This document shows positions 36,190-49,655 of a stretch of DNA of 64,000 nucleotides, in pieces. Positions within the stretch are counted from its first letter, which is position 1. Each line of letters begins with the position of its first letter. The position numbers and the translations under genes are program-made. Where the stretch lies: contig OZ365113.1 in the NCBI GenBank assembly GCA_977030845.1, forward strand, positions 22,320,001 to 22,384,000, given 5' to 3'. Source of the stretch: Fimbriosthenelais zetlandica. Lineage: Eukaryota. The notes beneath the pieces were generated by a model. The model saw only the letters and a list, made by a program, of their open reading frames with translations. It had not been told where the DNA came from and did not search any database.

Positions 36190-36400
36190 GCACCTTTCTG
36201 ACAACCATGCAAAGCTCGCTGTTCTTGGACTCTTAATTGAACTTTTCCATCAGCTTTGCAACTGTTTTACCGCGAGAAGTAAGTGTTGGATATTACAAAT
36301 GGCAAGGCAAAATATTCTTGCCAGTGGCGAAAGCATTTTGACTCTGTATTCTCCCTTGTGTTGCGTCGTCCCATTTGATAGTATTATAGGATTTCTAAAG
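36190..36400 (-). mobile_element. Crypton-like (tyrosine recombinase) remnant, N-terminal region
   Basis: The minus frame gives RRNTRENTESKCFRHWQEYF...SNTYFSR*NSCKADG...RALHG, following the Crypton/DUF3504-type pattern NT...T..A..W..Y ... L...LSRFY..VRK.DG..Y...SL...H. One in-frame stop. Confidence 0.4.
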
Positions 36401-36728
36401 CCTGATTCCTGCGTAGGGAAAGTGGACTACTGCACTCTACTGCGCTGAGGTGTCCATTGACCATTTTAATTGGCTTGAATTCCCCCTTGCATTGAACTCA
36501 AACTGTCCTTTTATGTTCTTAGTCAAGACTTGTAGGTCACTGACATTGTGAACACCTATAGACGCAGTAGAAGATTTGATAATTGTATAGTTTTTTTTAT
36601 TATATATATATTTTAACAGGAGGCATAACTGAAAAAACGCTATGGCAAGCAGGATCGCACCAGGGTGCGGTATTCTTCCTGCTTCCTGCCTGTTTAGATA
36701 AAAAAAGATCCACCATATTGTTGCGTTG

Positions 36729-37294
36729 GATTTTTGAATGGAACCTATTGGTGTTATTCAGTTTATATGATATATGATTTTTGAATGGAACCTATTGGTG
36801 TTATTCAGTTTATATGATATATGATTTTTGAATGGAACCTATTGGTGTTATTCAGTCTATGTGATATATGATTTTTAAATGGAACCTATTGGTCTTATTC
36901 AGTCTATGTGATATATGATTTTTGAATGGAACCTATTGGTGTTATTCAGTCTATGTGATATATGATTTTTAAATGGAACCTATTGGTCTTATTCAGTCTA
37001 TGTGATATATGATTTTTGAATGGAACCTATTGGTGTTATTCAGTCTATGTGATATATGATTTTTGAATGGAACCTATTGGTGTTATTCAGTCTATGTGAT
37101 ATATGATTTTTAAATGGAACCTATTGGTCTTATTCAGTCTATGTGATATATGATTTTTGAATGGAACCTATTGGTGTTATTCAGTCTATGTGATATATGA
37201 TTTTTAAATGGAACCTATTGGTGTTATTCAGTCTATGTGATATATGATTTTTGAATAGAACCTATTGATGTTATTCAGTCTATGTGATATATGA
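36729..37294. repeat. 47-bp minisatellite, 12 units
   Basis: GATTTTTGAATGGAACCTATTGGTGTTATTCAGTCTATGTGATATAT at 36729, 36776 and onward. Confidence 0.97.
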
Positions 37295-40200
37295 TAGAGA
37301 TGGAGGCTATAATACATTAGACTAACAAGGTATCGTATGGCCTTGTAATGCTCTGTGAATATGGCAGGGGGGTATTGTATACACATGACAGCAGGTGAAC
37401 AAATCCTCTACAAATGGCTGAAATCCCTTCTTTACATGGCCTTCCTATCTCAGCACCATGTCGCTAAATCCCCGGGTATTGTGGCATCATCCCTCGTGGA
37501 TCAGAGCCTCGTAGCTTGAGTAGCTCTCTTCTCATTTACACCACACAAATCCAGGCTTCTGAGCTGCTCCTACCCCACAATGAGCCACTCAGCTACCCGC
37601 ACCCATCCACAGAATATACATCTTCTCCGAAAATATTTTTGTTAGTTTAAAACTATGTTTAATCAAATGGTTTAATCATATGGTTTAATCAAATTAGAAT
37701 GAAGAAACAATTCTCATCCTACTATAGGATAATATACGCAGCAAGATGTTTTAAACGGATCAACTTATAAAGTATTAATGTAAATATCACTACCCAAAAA
37801 ATAATCATGATTCTCAACATTTTGATGATCAATACTGTAGCTGCAAGAAAAAGGTATGGAGTAGGAATAAAAACAATGGCTCTACATTGTCGTTGCCCAC
37901 ACATGCAATCACGAATGACCTTTTTATCAATATTTCAGAAGGGTCCTGGGCCTGGGACAGTTGGGTCACCAGCCGTGAACAATAAAGCCGACTCTTCTCT
38001 GAATTGAAGACGGCAGAGAGTGACCTTTTAGTGGGCAATTGTTTTGTGTGGCGCAGTGTGCGTCAGATGGATTATGACATATCATAGTGAATGAGTGATG
38101 GAGATAAATGGGTATTGAGGAGGGGACTAAGGGCTGAAACACAGAGGCCGTCTCTCTCACCCTCTCCTCTCCTCTCCACTCTCATGTTCTTATTGTCCAT
38201 GCTAGGCCATACGGAGTGATGGAGTGTAGTCTATAGAGGCGGGTGGCACTCACAACCAACGTGGGTGTCGGTGCATGTTCCCATTCCCCCATATACTTGC
38301 GAGTGTACCAAAAGTATCAAAATCAGTCTGCCGGCGTCACTTTTATTGAAAAAAATCGCCATGAAGATAGTCTAGATATCTGATATTGCAATCAAGATCA
38401 CACATCCAACTATCTTGATTTTGTCTGGGAATGAATAGCATTTACTTGAAGAAAATCGTGAACCCTAATCTAAAATGAAGTATCATCAAGATTTAAATTT
38501 GGGTAACTGAATTGCTAAAGAAATTGTAATCATTCCTATAGCACATTCCTGTATGGCTGTATAAATATTCTAAATTAAAAAAAAATATGCATAACTGCCT
38601 GCAAAGCTCCATTGAATATGGGAAGAAGATTGGGATAAACCCACTGTAGGTCGAGTGCCCTACTCGTGGAGGCTTGAAATGCTTAACTCGTCAACCAGTC
38701 ATCTCCAAATACCAAGCTCTGTGGAAGGATTGTAAACTGAATGAAACTGATTGATTACTCCACTCTTAGTACTGCTTCCCTTGTTGAACACCATGTCCAA
38801 ATATAGACTTTTAAAATAATTCATACTCTGAAGTGTACAGTAAATAGTTAAAGGTGCCATGATGAATACGGTTTCACCCTGTCAATCATTAATATTTATT
38901 AGACTAAATGCTAGTTGGTCTAGCAATAATAATACCGGCACCTCCAGGGAGTTGTGCTCGCTGCTAGGCCGAAGGCAGAAGAACGTCCCATTCTGTCAAA
39001 GTTCTTACAGTTTTCTCTTTTTCTTGACACCCTTCTTTTACCACATTATGCCACTTTTGAAAAATGCGGCAGCTGTCCCTTCAGTGTCCCCTGAATGCCC
39101 CTCTTAGACTCAGTTTCAGTTTCCATACCTGACTCAATCGGAACATTCCAACATAGATACAGGTACATGTGTAGCTTTTACAATTTTCGGTTTCTCGGTT
39201 TACTGGAAACCAGGCTTTATATAAACTGAATTCATGAAGCATTGTTCTTATGAGACGTTTAGTGTAAGGTTTTCCTTGGAATAAATTTGAAAAATAGCCT
39301 TTTTAAACATTTTTAATATCGCTCCTGTCTCAAGCGATATTTTGGTGTGTCACTTATCAGGGCGGCTGAGACGGGGTGTTGTGATAAGGCATCGAAGGGT
39401 TGGGTAGAATTAATACCCCTTTCTCTCATGAAGAAAGAAAACCTCCAGCCTCACATCAAAGCTTCATTTCCCCGCCTTCCCCCATCAGCTTACAAAGCTT
39501 GCTATATTTGATTTACACGTCAGATATGGGAACAATTCATGCCAGTTTTTATCAATTAAAACACCCCATTATTATGATCTAAGTGAAACAAGAGAACCCT
39601 CACTCCCCTTGCTGGATACATCACCGCAGTATTCGACATGTTAATGTTATCACCATTCGGCATGAAGCGCTGGCCCTTTACACGAGCGTCAGAAAAATAA
39701 AGCTATTTTTATGACATTAAATAATGTTGGGGTATGGATGGTGTTATCTGTGTACAGACAGTGGTGGGGGATGGAGGGAGGCTGACAGACTAAGTCAGGC
39801 TACCACCCATCAAGATGCTGGTAAAGCCGGGAGAAATAACACACCCTGCCTGCAGAGCTCTCTATACCCCACTTAATGACTGCTACAGGGATTCAGCCAG
39901 GTTACAAACACAGCTCTCCCGGCAATTCTTAATCCATAAGTGGGTTTAGGGCGGACCAGTATGTTCGGTTGTTCAGGGAATTGCCGTTCTAGTGCAGAGG
40001 TCCTTGAATTTAATCCTTACTATTGAGGACGTTGCCTATAATCCTGCCACCCTTTGTTTTTCGAAAACAACGTGGAGAATCTGGAGAGCATGATGCATCT
40101 TAAATACTCTGTACACTCTCGCCAGATAGTTGCATAAGCTGTTTACTTGACACGATACTAATGGGGATCCTTAAGTGCTAGGATTTGAACTGATGACCTT

Positions 40201-40419
40201 CGATTGACACAGCTGGGCCTCTTACCCACTAAGCTAATTGCCTTCCTCTAATCTACATTTCATCAGATTGATATCGTTGTGCAGTGATTTGCTTTCAGTC
40301 TCGGGTTCAATTCCCCCAGCAGCATTCTCCTAATTTCCCATTTGTCCTCCCCCCAGTGCTACCGATTAGGTTTATCAAAAGCTAGACATTTGAGATAAGG
40401 CATATCTCGTACTAAAACA

Positions 40420-40625
40420 AGGAACCTGTAAAAGGTCAGCCATTTCCCTGGGTGTTTATGGTGAGAGGCATATTTACAAAAGATACTTCCCCCACTGTCT
40501 TCGGTGAGAGGCATGAAAAAGGCCAACTATTTCTCCCACTGTCTGTGATAAGAAACCTGTAAAAGGCCAGCCATTCCTCCGACTATGGTGAGAGGCATAA
40601 AAAGGTCATATCTCCTACTGTCTAT
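40420..40625. repeat. Degenerate ~43-bp repeats
   Basis: GGTGAGAGGCAT x3, AAACCTGTAAAAGG x2 and CCCACTGTCT-like motifs recur. Confidence 0.6.
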
Positions 40626-41714
40626 GGTCTATGCAACAGAACCACAGAGCTGACAGCGTACTTCAATATGACCCCGGCTCTTGCTGCAACGTTGAACTCC
40701 AATCGAATCAAACACAGTTTCTCCTGTCCCAAGGGATGTAGATAATCAGTTTTAGCAGAGATATGGAGTGATTTGATCAGGACCTGGGAGTTATAATATA
40801 TGGTGGGCAGTGACTGGCCACTTCTGGCTCTCTAGAGATAAAGGAACAAAAGGTGTACGTGTCCTGCCAATCACCCCGGCATCCATCATGTTATCTGATA
40901 GTCATGGGTGTCTCTGTCCCCCCACAAAAAGGTCAACACCATCTCTCTTTGCCATCCTATCTCTCACTCCTCTCTCCCCTGTGGTCAAAACCGACTGAAA
41001 AAGTCCAACAAACAGGCAAAAACTGGCCAGCCCTGACTGTGCTTTGTGTTTCAGTCTTGTATTGCCTGTGAACGTGTCACAGTCAGTCGGTGATGGCGGT
41101 TGACTGTCGTTTTTCAATTTAATACCTTTCCCGTGTTGGCCATGACTTTCAGTTTTTAATTAACAGATATTGCTTGGACCTTTAAAGCAAACTGGATTTG
41201 TACTGTAACATTTATAAATAAAGGTTATGATGGATTTTGAAAAGTGATGGGGGAATAATTGTGAGATAAATTGATGCAATTAAGGCAGGTTGACAAGATG
41301 GGAAGGCATCTTTTACTGAAAGGCCCTATTTTGATGGCGTCAATGGCAACATCTCTTGCCTTGATTTGAATGCTAGATTCCTTCTATTAGAGTCTCATGA
41401 TGGGCAAAGCTATCATGTTTGACATGATTACAGTTCATGTGCAAAGTCATCTGTCACCGACTTTAGATACATGTTCAGGGCCCATAACATGATAAGCCTG
41501 AAGAAGTTCCAACAGTAATATACAGCACTTCCTGTTTATCTCAATTTTCCGTCACAACCTAAGCCCAACATGAAATATAGCTGTAACTTTAAGCATTGCC
41601 AATCGTTGCCTTCGTCAGGGCATTAGTCGGAAGGTTAGGGACCCCACAACGTGTTCAAAGCTTATCTGGTCGGAAAATAGGCCATGTTGTCAAGTAAGCT
41701 AACAGCAGCTAGTT

Positions 41715-41950
41715 ACCACCCCGCCCCTGAACATGCATGTGATTTGACCAATGGGGTGTTAACATGCGTAGCCTGGTGGTCACCTCCAGATTAAGCCCCC
41801 AGCCTACCGGGAATGAACCAATCACCCTGTGGCACGCTCCCCCAAAATCCGCAACCTGTCACCAAGGTGATAAAGGGGTGTTTCCATGGCTACTCTTAAT
41901 CTGTAAGTGACACCTGCCGATCCGGACTAGTACTGGATTGACCGCCAATA
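41715..41950 (+). promoter_or_regulatory. Promoter-like motif cluster
   Basis: GC box CCCCGCCCC 41719-27; CCAAT at 41748, 41818 and 41945; RFX-like GTTTCCATGGCTAC 41880-93. Confidence 0.3.
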
Positions 41951-42479
41951 GTTGTACACCCTTGAAGTCGATGTCAGTGGATTCCGCTAGAAATGATTTT
42001 TCTCAAGCACTTTTGGTATCAATGGTAAAGGCTTAGGGATCAGGAAATGGGCTGAGCCACTGGTGTGGCATGAATGACCCCATCAGGAAGCGAAGGTTGC
42101 AGATTGCTGCCAGGTTTCTATTTCAGTATCTCTCAAGATGATCAAAATGAATGGAGAGAGGTCAGAGCGAGAGAGAGAGAGAGGTGGGGTGTGTGTGTGG
42201 GGGGGGGGGGGGGGGGGGGGGGGGGAGAGACCGAGGATCCCAAGGAGATTGAGGATGAGCTAGGCAGCAGACTAAGAGGTAGCTTTTCTACATGCTTCTC
42301 CATCATGAGAAGTGGATTCCATTGAGTTTGCTTTGACTATACTGAATATTTACCGGGTATAGGCCTAGTGAATTTTACAAAAACCCATCCATTTTAAAAA
42401 AGTGACTTTTTGAGCTTAGAAGAGAAGATGCATCTCTTGCCAGACATCCAGACTGAGCCATTGCCAGCTGACAGGTCAG

Positions 42480-43300
42480 AAGATTAGTCTGTTGTTTTTC
42501 TCCCAGTTCTTTAAGCCAAGCTTTTCTCAGATCTCCTTCTATTCTACTCACAGAGGAATTCCTCCATCATTTTGCCCACCGTGGCTTGAATCTAGTCCAG
42601 TCTTTCACCAAGTACATCCTGGCCATTAATCCTGTCCTCTATTCTTCTACCCCAGGCCCTAAACAGAACATTTTTCCTCACGACACTAAAACCCTTTTAT
42701 GAAGCCAAAGAGAGCGCTTCCATGCACCAATCGCCTTCTATTGGGGCTTGTCAAAATTTAACTTAGATGCTTGGCCATAACTTATGAAGCAATTTTAGAA
42801 GGCTTATTTGTGGACCTCCCAGAGGCTGTTGGGCCGCCCTCTGGAAGGATGGGCCTGCTTTGGGCTGCAGGTAATGCGTCTAACCTAATATGCCCTGGCT
42901 GAAGTCGAGTCATGAGACGGCCTACACCGTGAGTTACATCCAATCCTGGTTCAACCGACAGGCAGGATCGCAAACCGCATACCAACTAGTACCATTTACC
43001 CGAGCAGGCGTTAACTGATTAAAGCTGCTGATCCACTGGGTACCACTTGTAATTGATGGATTCGCACAGTCAATATTCTTCACTGGTCATTAGGCTATTT
43101 TCCTCTCCAAGATCCATCCTCAGGGGGCTTCAATATTTGATAGAGTTAAGACTCAAATGTTCCCTGAGGAGATGGACTTTTTCCTATCAGTACTACGCAG
43201 TTGGTGCTTTATATTTTTGTTAGAAGCCTTGCTATGGTAGGTTAACTGCTTCGCAAATCGCCTTCAAATATATTTGAGGTCTATATGGTCCAACTTCTAA
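42480..43300 (-). mobile_element. Decayed L1/Tx1-clade LINE reverse transcriptase
   Basis: Colinear motifs on the minus strand: GTQWISSFNQLTPARVNG (cf. FI.WI..LY....S.V.VNG), CGLRSCLS (cf. GVRQGCPLS), SYGQASKLNFDKPQ*KAIGAWK (cf. Y..ASG.K.N..KS..LW.G.W) and SSVSRIEGDLRKAW (cf. W...I.KI...L..W). Confidence 0.6.
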
Positions 43301-45490
43301 GGAACTAGGGCATACATTTTCAGCCAATTGCCGGATTCAGGGAAATTGCCTGCTATTCGAAATTCTTGCTCTGGGTTATTCCCCATTTAATCGGAAATGT
43401 GGCACATATAATGTGCCTTCAAACACTAAATATAAACTACCCTTATATACAAATATGTATTTATTCAGCTGAACATATACCCGTCCCATCTAGAGAACGA
43501 ACACTACCTTAATGTATATATCAGTAGATGAACCAGAAAATACCAACTTATACATTAAAATTAATGGTTCTAATTTGTTTAAGGAAACTCTTTTAGCAAC
43601 TACAAACCCATCCTAGTAGCCATCAATCAGGCTGCAATTATGCTACTAAAGTTTGACCTTGATGTTCAAGGATACTTAGGTTACACTAAAGTGGCCCCTT
43701 CCAGGGACTGAAAATCTATTTTGACTTTAACAAATTGCATAGTGGATCGTGGATGTTCTTGCACACAAAGTGAATGGGATTGTTGCGTGAGTCTCTCTTA
43801 CCAGTTCCCTTACAAGCCCATCTTTATCTACCCAGAATGGCCTCTCGCCAAAGATAGGCGAGACTCGTTTGGGAGAGAAGAAAAAAAATGACATTTCTGA
43901 TGACTCTTTCCACTTTAATTCTGTGGCAGGAATATCAGATGGTGGCTCCTTGACTAATGTCCCTAGAGCCGTGAGACCTGAATGCCCGGGAGGTTGGACC
44001 TATTTAGCCCTGCCATCTCACCATCTCACACTGCTATGAAACAAGATCCATCCACAATACATGGGAATCGTCCCATCATTACTTTGCATGTTCATTCACG
44101 AGCCTTCTCATTGTTAGAGGAGCGAGCCACATTTAGCTGATCGATCTCAATTTTGAACTGTAAAAGTACAGCTTCCGGACAATTGAAGGTAAATGTACGT
44201 TGAAAGGCATGGTGGAGGCTGTAATTCAACACAAAATGTGAGGTCTCCCACGGCGACTCCTCCACGGGCCAGGCTTTAGTGTGTGGAGGAGGAAGAGGAT
44301 GTATTGAAGGCTGAGCATAATGAATGAAATAAACCTCTCTCACGGTATGAGTGTAGGTAGCCGGGATGGGAAGATTAGGTTTCCCCACACGAGGCTTGTC
44401 TCTTATTGACATTCCATGTACTTCCAGAGGATGGCATTGTGGTTTTGGCGGAAGAAAAGGAATGGAATTACCCCACAAATATGTAAAATTGATTTGTGAT
44501 ATCTCTCATTTTATGGACCATTTGTGCCTGTATTATATCTGTGTCTGTATATTGAGCCAATGGTAAAGTTGACCTGTGGTATAAGTTGAATGCCCTTTAT
44601 CAAAAGCACAGACAATTCCCAACCTGGAATCTCAGTAAAAGCAGTTATTCCAGGCCAAACTGACCCCAAGTTCATGGGCATGTTCACCCTCATTTCGGTT
44701 CAGTGATAGAACAGTGATAATTTGCCAGTTTAATTGCATAGTTTAATTCTTAAAGGGATGCAAAAAACTGTAAACTTTAGATTTATAAGTATTTCATATA
44801 GCCCATCTCTTTGAAAACCTCTCCAAACATCCAGGCAATGTCTGGCCAAGCACATTGTAACCAGTGTTGAATTCTCAAAGTGCTTTGAGTCAACAGGTAC
44901 AAATATTTTTGATAAATGAGCCATAGACGTCTGCGCCGTCAGAACAAACACGGCTGATTCATTGAAGATTGGCGACTCACAGCGGTCTGTGAGACTGAAA
45001 AAAGGCTCATGTTCTCTCATCAATTTACTCCAGTCCAAGACAAGCTGCTGTGTTAGCTCTATCAACCCACCCACTGATCATCCCACCAAATAGCCCTGAG
45101 ATACAAATCACAGAGCCAGCTGGCTATAACTGGCGCAAAAAAATAATAAAAATAATGCACTGAATTTGATATAAAGCTTATCATTAAATGAATGAGTGGG
45201 GTATTTTTATCCTAAATTTTGGTAATTCCACATGCCTGCAATTTTTATCTGTAGGCCGATTATATTTATGACCTGACTGAAGTTCTGAAGTGGAAGAAAT
45301 TCCTCCTTGCAAATAATACTATATGATTTGAGAACCAGCGAAATCAGACATTTTTGTTTGATTCTCATTGATTAAATTTGTTTTTCAACACGACTTTCGT
45401 ATTAAGACCTTTGAAAGGATACTCCAGTATTTGATATTTAACGTAAATTATTTTATGAAGTGCACGGGACGCTAAGAGCATTATGTGATA

Positions 45491-45585
45491 GAAAGCCTCC
45501 GAGGTTGGGGAGGTTCTGCAGGTAAACCTCCGAGCCGAAGGCGAGGTGGTTTACCTGCAGAACCTCCCCAACCTCGGAGGCTTTC
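45491..45585. mobile_element. Perfect palindrome, 38-bp arms and 19-nt loop (probable end of a non-autonomous DNA element)
   Basis: GAAAGCCTCCGAGGTTGGGGAGGTTCTGCAGGTAAACC (45491-528) is the exact reverse complement of 45548-585; loop TCCGAGCCGAAGGCGAGGT. Confidence 0.85.
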
Positions 45586-45623
45586 GAGCTTATTCTACTG
45601 CCCAGACACATCTCAATCATAGC

Positions 45624-45705
45624 AAATTCAATGGCCGAATGGATAAGGTGTTGGACTCCCATTTAGAGGGTCACACCAATATGGGTTCGAAACCCACCCA
45701 AGTCA
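45624..45705 (+). pseudogene. tRNA-derived segment (SINE-head-like), not a functional tRNA
   Basis: A-box TGGCCGAATGGATAAGG and B-box/T-arm TGGGTTCGAAACCCA with long-variable-arm spacing (Ser/Leu-like); the acceptor and anticodon stems do not pair. Confidence 0.6.
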
Positions 45706-45754
45706 AGATTTTTCCATTTCAAATTCAATATATCTCCTCCGGAGGATTATGAAA

Positions 45755-45835
45755 ATAAACCTCCGAGACTTGACAATAAACCTCCGAGACTTGGAAATAA
45801 ACCTCCGCGAGGAGAATATGGAGGTAAACCTCCGG
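45755..45835. repeat. 21-bp repeat of AATAAACCTCCGAG
   Basis: AATAAACCTCCGAGACTTGAC / ...GGA / AATAAACCTCCGCG; the same AAACCTCCG core lies at the arm/loop junction of the palindrome. Confidence 0.85.
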
Positions 45836-46054
45836 AAAGAACAAAGGAAAAAATGTCGGGCGTAGGATAATAACACAGACTGGATGTATTGAATGACACT
45901 TACCATTCAGACCCAGCGCCCTGGGGCCGTTTCCTACTGGGCCTATTTGGCTTTGGTTCTGAAGCCATATTTACATCTGAAAATAGAAAGGAAAACCACA
46001 TAAGTGAAACTGCAAGAAAGCATTAAAAAAAGTTAATACATCAGAACTATTTAA

Positions 46055-46230
46055 AGCGACCCTATCACTGTTCTCAATTTTCAAGTACAGAGAACCAGAC
46101 TTTGGAAAACCTCAACCGATTTATCACATTTTCCAACACATAATGCCCGATATAGAATCTGGGTCAAACAGTATGATTCCAGGTAATTTATTGCTGCGAA
46201 AATAGTAGTAATGGATAAGTTGAGTTACAT
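46055..46230 (-). mobile_element. ~180-bp TTAA-flanked MITE (Kolobok-like), copy 3, inverted
   Basis: TTAA 46051-54 | AGCGACCCTATCACTG; internal AATGCCCGATATAGAATCTGGGTCAAACAG is the reverse complement of the family core; TTAA at 46231-34. Confidence 0.65.
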
Positions 46231-47899
46231 TTAATCTTGGGATAAATCAAGTATGGGCCACAAGCAATATATTTTTTATTGCATTACTATTCGTCTACTT
46301 CATTGACACATTTGGCTTAGCTCACTTAAAATTCCCCACCCAAATACAACAGCACGCCTTCCTACCTTTTCAATATAACATTTAGTGGCCTATTTTTTCT
46401 TTGGCCTACTATTTCTAACACAATGTTCCTGTGTGGGTATGGAGCAGGTTGGGTATTGAATTGCCTTCATGTAACCACCTGTTACAGCCAGCCCCTACTT
46501 CCTGTGCCTACTTGAGCAGTTCTGAGCATCTCACTGATGCTGAGACCGACTCAACAGCTGGGACTGACACCAAGGCTTGTCACCAATGTTGGTATAGATT
46601 CTATACACAACTCATCCCCGCTGAGAGGTCTTGGGAAGACAGTTCCCTGTTAGACGGGAGTGTCAGAAATGGAAGATCATTTTAATGAAACATTGATGTC
46701 ACTAGAGAGAAAGAGAGAGTGGAGAGAAGGGAGGGAGAGGGTGAGGGCTGGAAGAGAGAAAAAGCAATACATTGTGAATAGCAACACATCCATCCAGTCA
46801 ACCGACTGTTTGAATCGATTTAAAATTCGCCCAAGTGATAGAAGACCTTCGGCGTGAAACTGAAGGATATAAACCGTCATGAAATAATTTTATTATGTGA
46901 AAACGACATGTATTTAGTGATCGACATAAATGACACCCTCTATCCATGACTGTAGAATAGCTGTTACAAGCATAGGCGCACCTTCTCCAGAACCGCAGTT
47001 GTAAGCTTACAGGTCAGCTTACAGCTTACAGTTGAAAGCTTACAGGTCAGTTGTAGGTTTGTCAGGATGAGGACATTGCACCTTATATCGACCTTCATAC
47101 CAGTCACTTTTAACAGGGAGCAGACTTTATTGCATTAGGTACAGAGTCTGAGACATCCAGACCCGCTCTCCCTGTACACACACTGGTACTTACCCATCTA
47201 TAAAGCCAGTAGGCTTATTGCCATGGCCTACCTCTGTCTACAGTGGGAGGGGGGGAGGGGGGTAGGACATATAGACAGGCCCCAAGCTCCTTCACTCCAT
47301 GTAAATAAATCCCCCATATATTACTCTACCCTTCTCACTATGTATTCCCTCCCCCCATGATAGACAGATAGCATACATATTGCATAGCATGATAAATGAC
47401 ATCGGGACTGTAACGATTTGTGTCGGTTGCCATCTTGTTGAGACAGTTGTTGCGATGTTGCATGCCATGCTGAAAGACATTGCAATTGTGTGCGATGAAT
47501 CCAATAAATTTAGGCCAAAAAAGTTCTAGGTCATTTAGGGTGAACTGTAGGCCATTTAGGCTGAAATTGGCTCCGTCTTGATTCCAGAAATTCCCTTTTT
47601 TGTTATTCCCCGATAGAAATATATATGATATTCATATATTATATGCATGGTATTTTAGAAGTTAGTATTACCCAGAAAGGATAGATCTGTTGGTTTGTTC
47701 AGTGTGGCTATATAAGATTTAAACCTAATGCCTCACGGCTTCCAGTCTGATGCTTTTTGCTGTAGGATCTTTCTTTCGAGGCGGCAGATAAGTCATTCAA
47801 GTACCAGAAAGCCTTGACAACCCTTCGAATAAAAACATAGAAAAGAAAACCCAACAGATGAATCTCAGGGGACTTGGGACTAGAGGAAGTGTCTCTTAT

Positions 47900-48200
47900 G
47901 TGATATCTGGCTTATATATCAGAAGAACCCAACAAGATCCAACTTATTGATGTTTAAAAATATAAATTCTCTGATTTAGATTCACAGGATTTACAGTGAG
48001 ATGAACCAAGGGACCTATCAATCAGAGGATTTACGGGAGTCACAAAGGCCACCTAATCAGTACATGACCAAGAGGTCTCCTCTCATAAAAAACATTTTAG
48101 AGATTAGAGCAGGACAAAATAGATGTCAAACTTGTAAGCTTTGATCCATCATTCGGTTTCTATGGGTCCATTTCATCAGAGTGAGACCTCATTTAGATCT
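47900..48200 (-). mobile_element. Possible L1/Tx1 endonuclease remnant
   Basis: MKWTHRNRMMDQSLQV*HLF (cf. YTW....SRIDYF) and RSLGSSHCKS (cf. RGPG.W..N.S) in the expected order. Confidence 0.3.
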
Positions 48201-49439
48201 CTTTACATTGAGGGATTACGAATTGGAGGTCCCCGCACTTAGCTTTGAGTTGCTGTTATATAAGGTGACAAATTTGGACTGGACTTCAGATCTATAATAG
48301 ATCAGATAGGTTTAGTCACACCCCATCTTAAATTAACCTGCCAACTCAACTGCCATCTTTGAAAGTTTCTACTTTTGGATCATCAATAATTCTGTTTTAG
48401 AATTTGTATTTCCATTCAAGTATCATATACAATTTCATGCAATGTGTGTATAGGAATATTGCAGATATGTGATTCAAGTCTCACATTATAAGATCTGCTC
48501 ATGATTATTTGTCGATCATTTATTAAGTCCATACAATAATGTAATTTGTGTGACTCCATTCGTTATGAAACCCCTTATTTAGGTACTTATTATAAAGGGC
48601 TTCTATATAAACTATAATAGTCGATAATCCACAGGGATTTCGTACTATTTCGAGCAGTAGAATGATCTATCCTCTTAGGCATAACAGATTTAGCAAGCAA
48701 CCATTGAATGAATCCATCCTTCCAGGCTGTCTGAGCTCTTCTGAATTGCCCATAGTCTCCCTGTATAAAATAAAACAAACCTGCAAGCCTTCAAATCCCG
48801 CTGACGGCGGCGTCTGCTCGCGAACAGCTTGAGAGCAGCTCAGCTTGTCATGGAGCTGCTCAATCAGGTTTGAGGTCATCATTTGAATTGCTCTTACATA
48901 AGGAGGTTTCATTCAACACGAGCATCCTTGGGGGACAATGCATCGCATGCGAAACAGTGTGCATGTCAATTCAAAGCTGATTGATGACAATCTAGATTCG
49001 TTTTACTCTGAATTTGAAGAGGTTATAAGCAGATATCTGATATCATAGAGGAAAAACGTATCGGTGTATTACCTTAATTAAAGTTTGACATAAGGTACCA
49101 ATAACTCCTGCCATCAAGATACTACTCGAGGCTTTAATTCTCCCACAAGCTCCTCCATTTACCTTTAATTACCGTGTTTATTATTTGAGTATTTCTATAA
49201 TTCACGAGGTTCTGTTTGATTTATATAACACGATGGAAGCACGGAGCGTTATAAAGACATCTCAAGTCACTGCCTCATCGATATTTCAACACCTAAACAA
49301 ACCAGACTCTCTTAAAATGACTTTAATTATGGGAGGCTGAGAGCGGGCCCTAGTGAAATATTTAAGTACCTGCTCAATCTGTCGACAGTTGAGGCCAGTT
49401 AGGAGCACAAGATATGCACACAGTTGGCGAGGCAGAGAA

Positions 49440-49590
49440 AAGGAATGAGCTCGGGGATATCACTGGGGAAGCAGGGGAGGGTGAGAGATAGTGGAAGGAG
49501 GTGGGTATGCGAAAGAGATGGGGAAGAGAGAAAGCAGGACCAGAAGAAGAAATGGGAGAAAATGGGAGGCAGATAATGGAATTAGTAGAA

Positions 49591-49655
<65 letters not shown>

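Noticed and set aside
45624-45705. Functional tRNA gene
   Set aside because: A and B boxes are present but the acceptor and anticodon stems cannot pair; kept as a tRNA-derived segment only.
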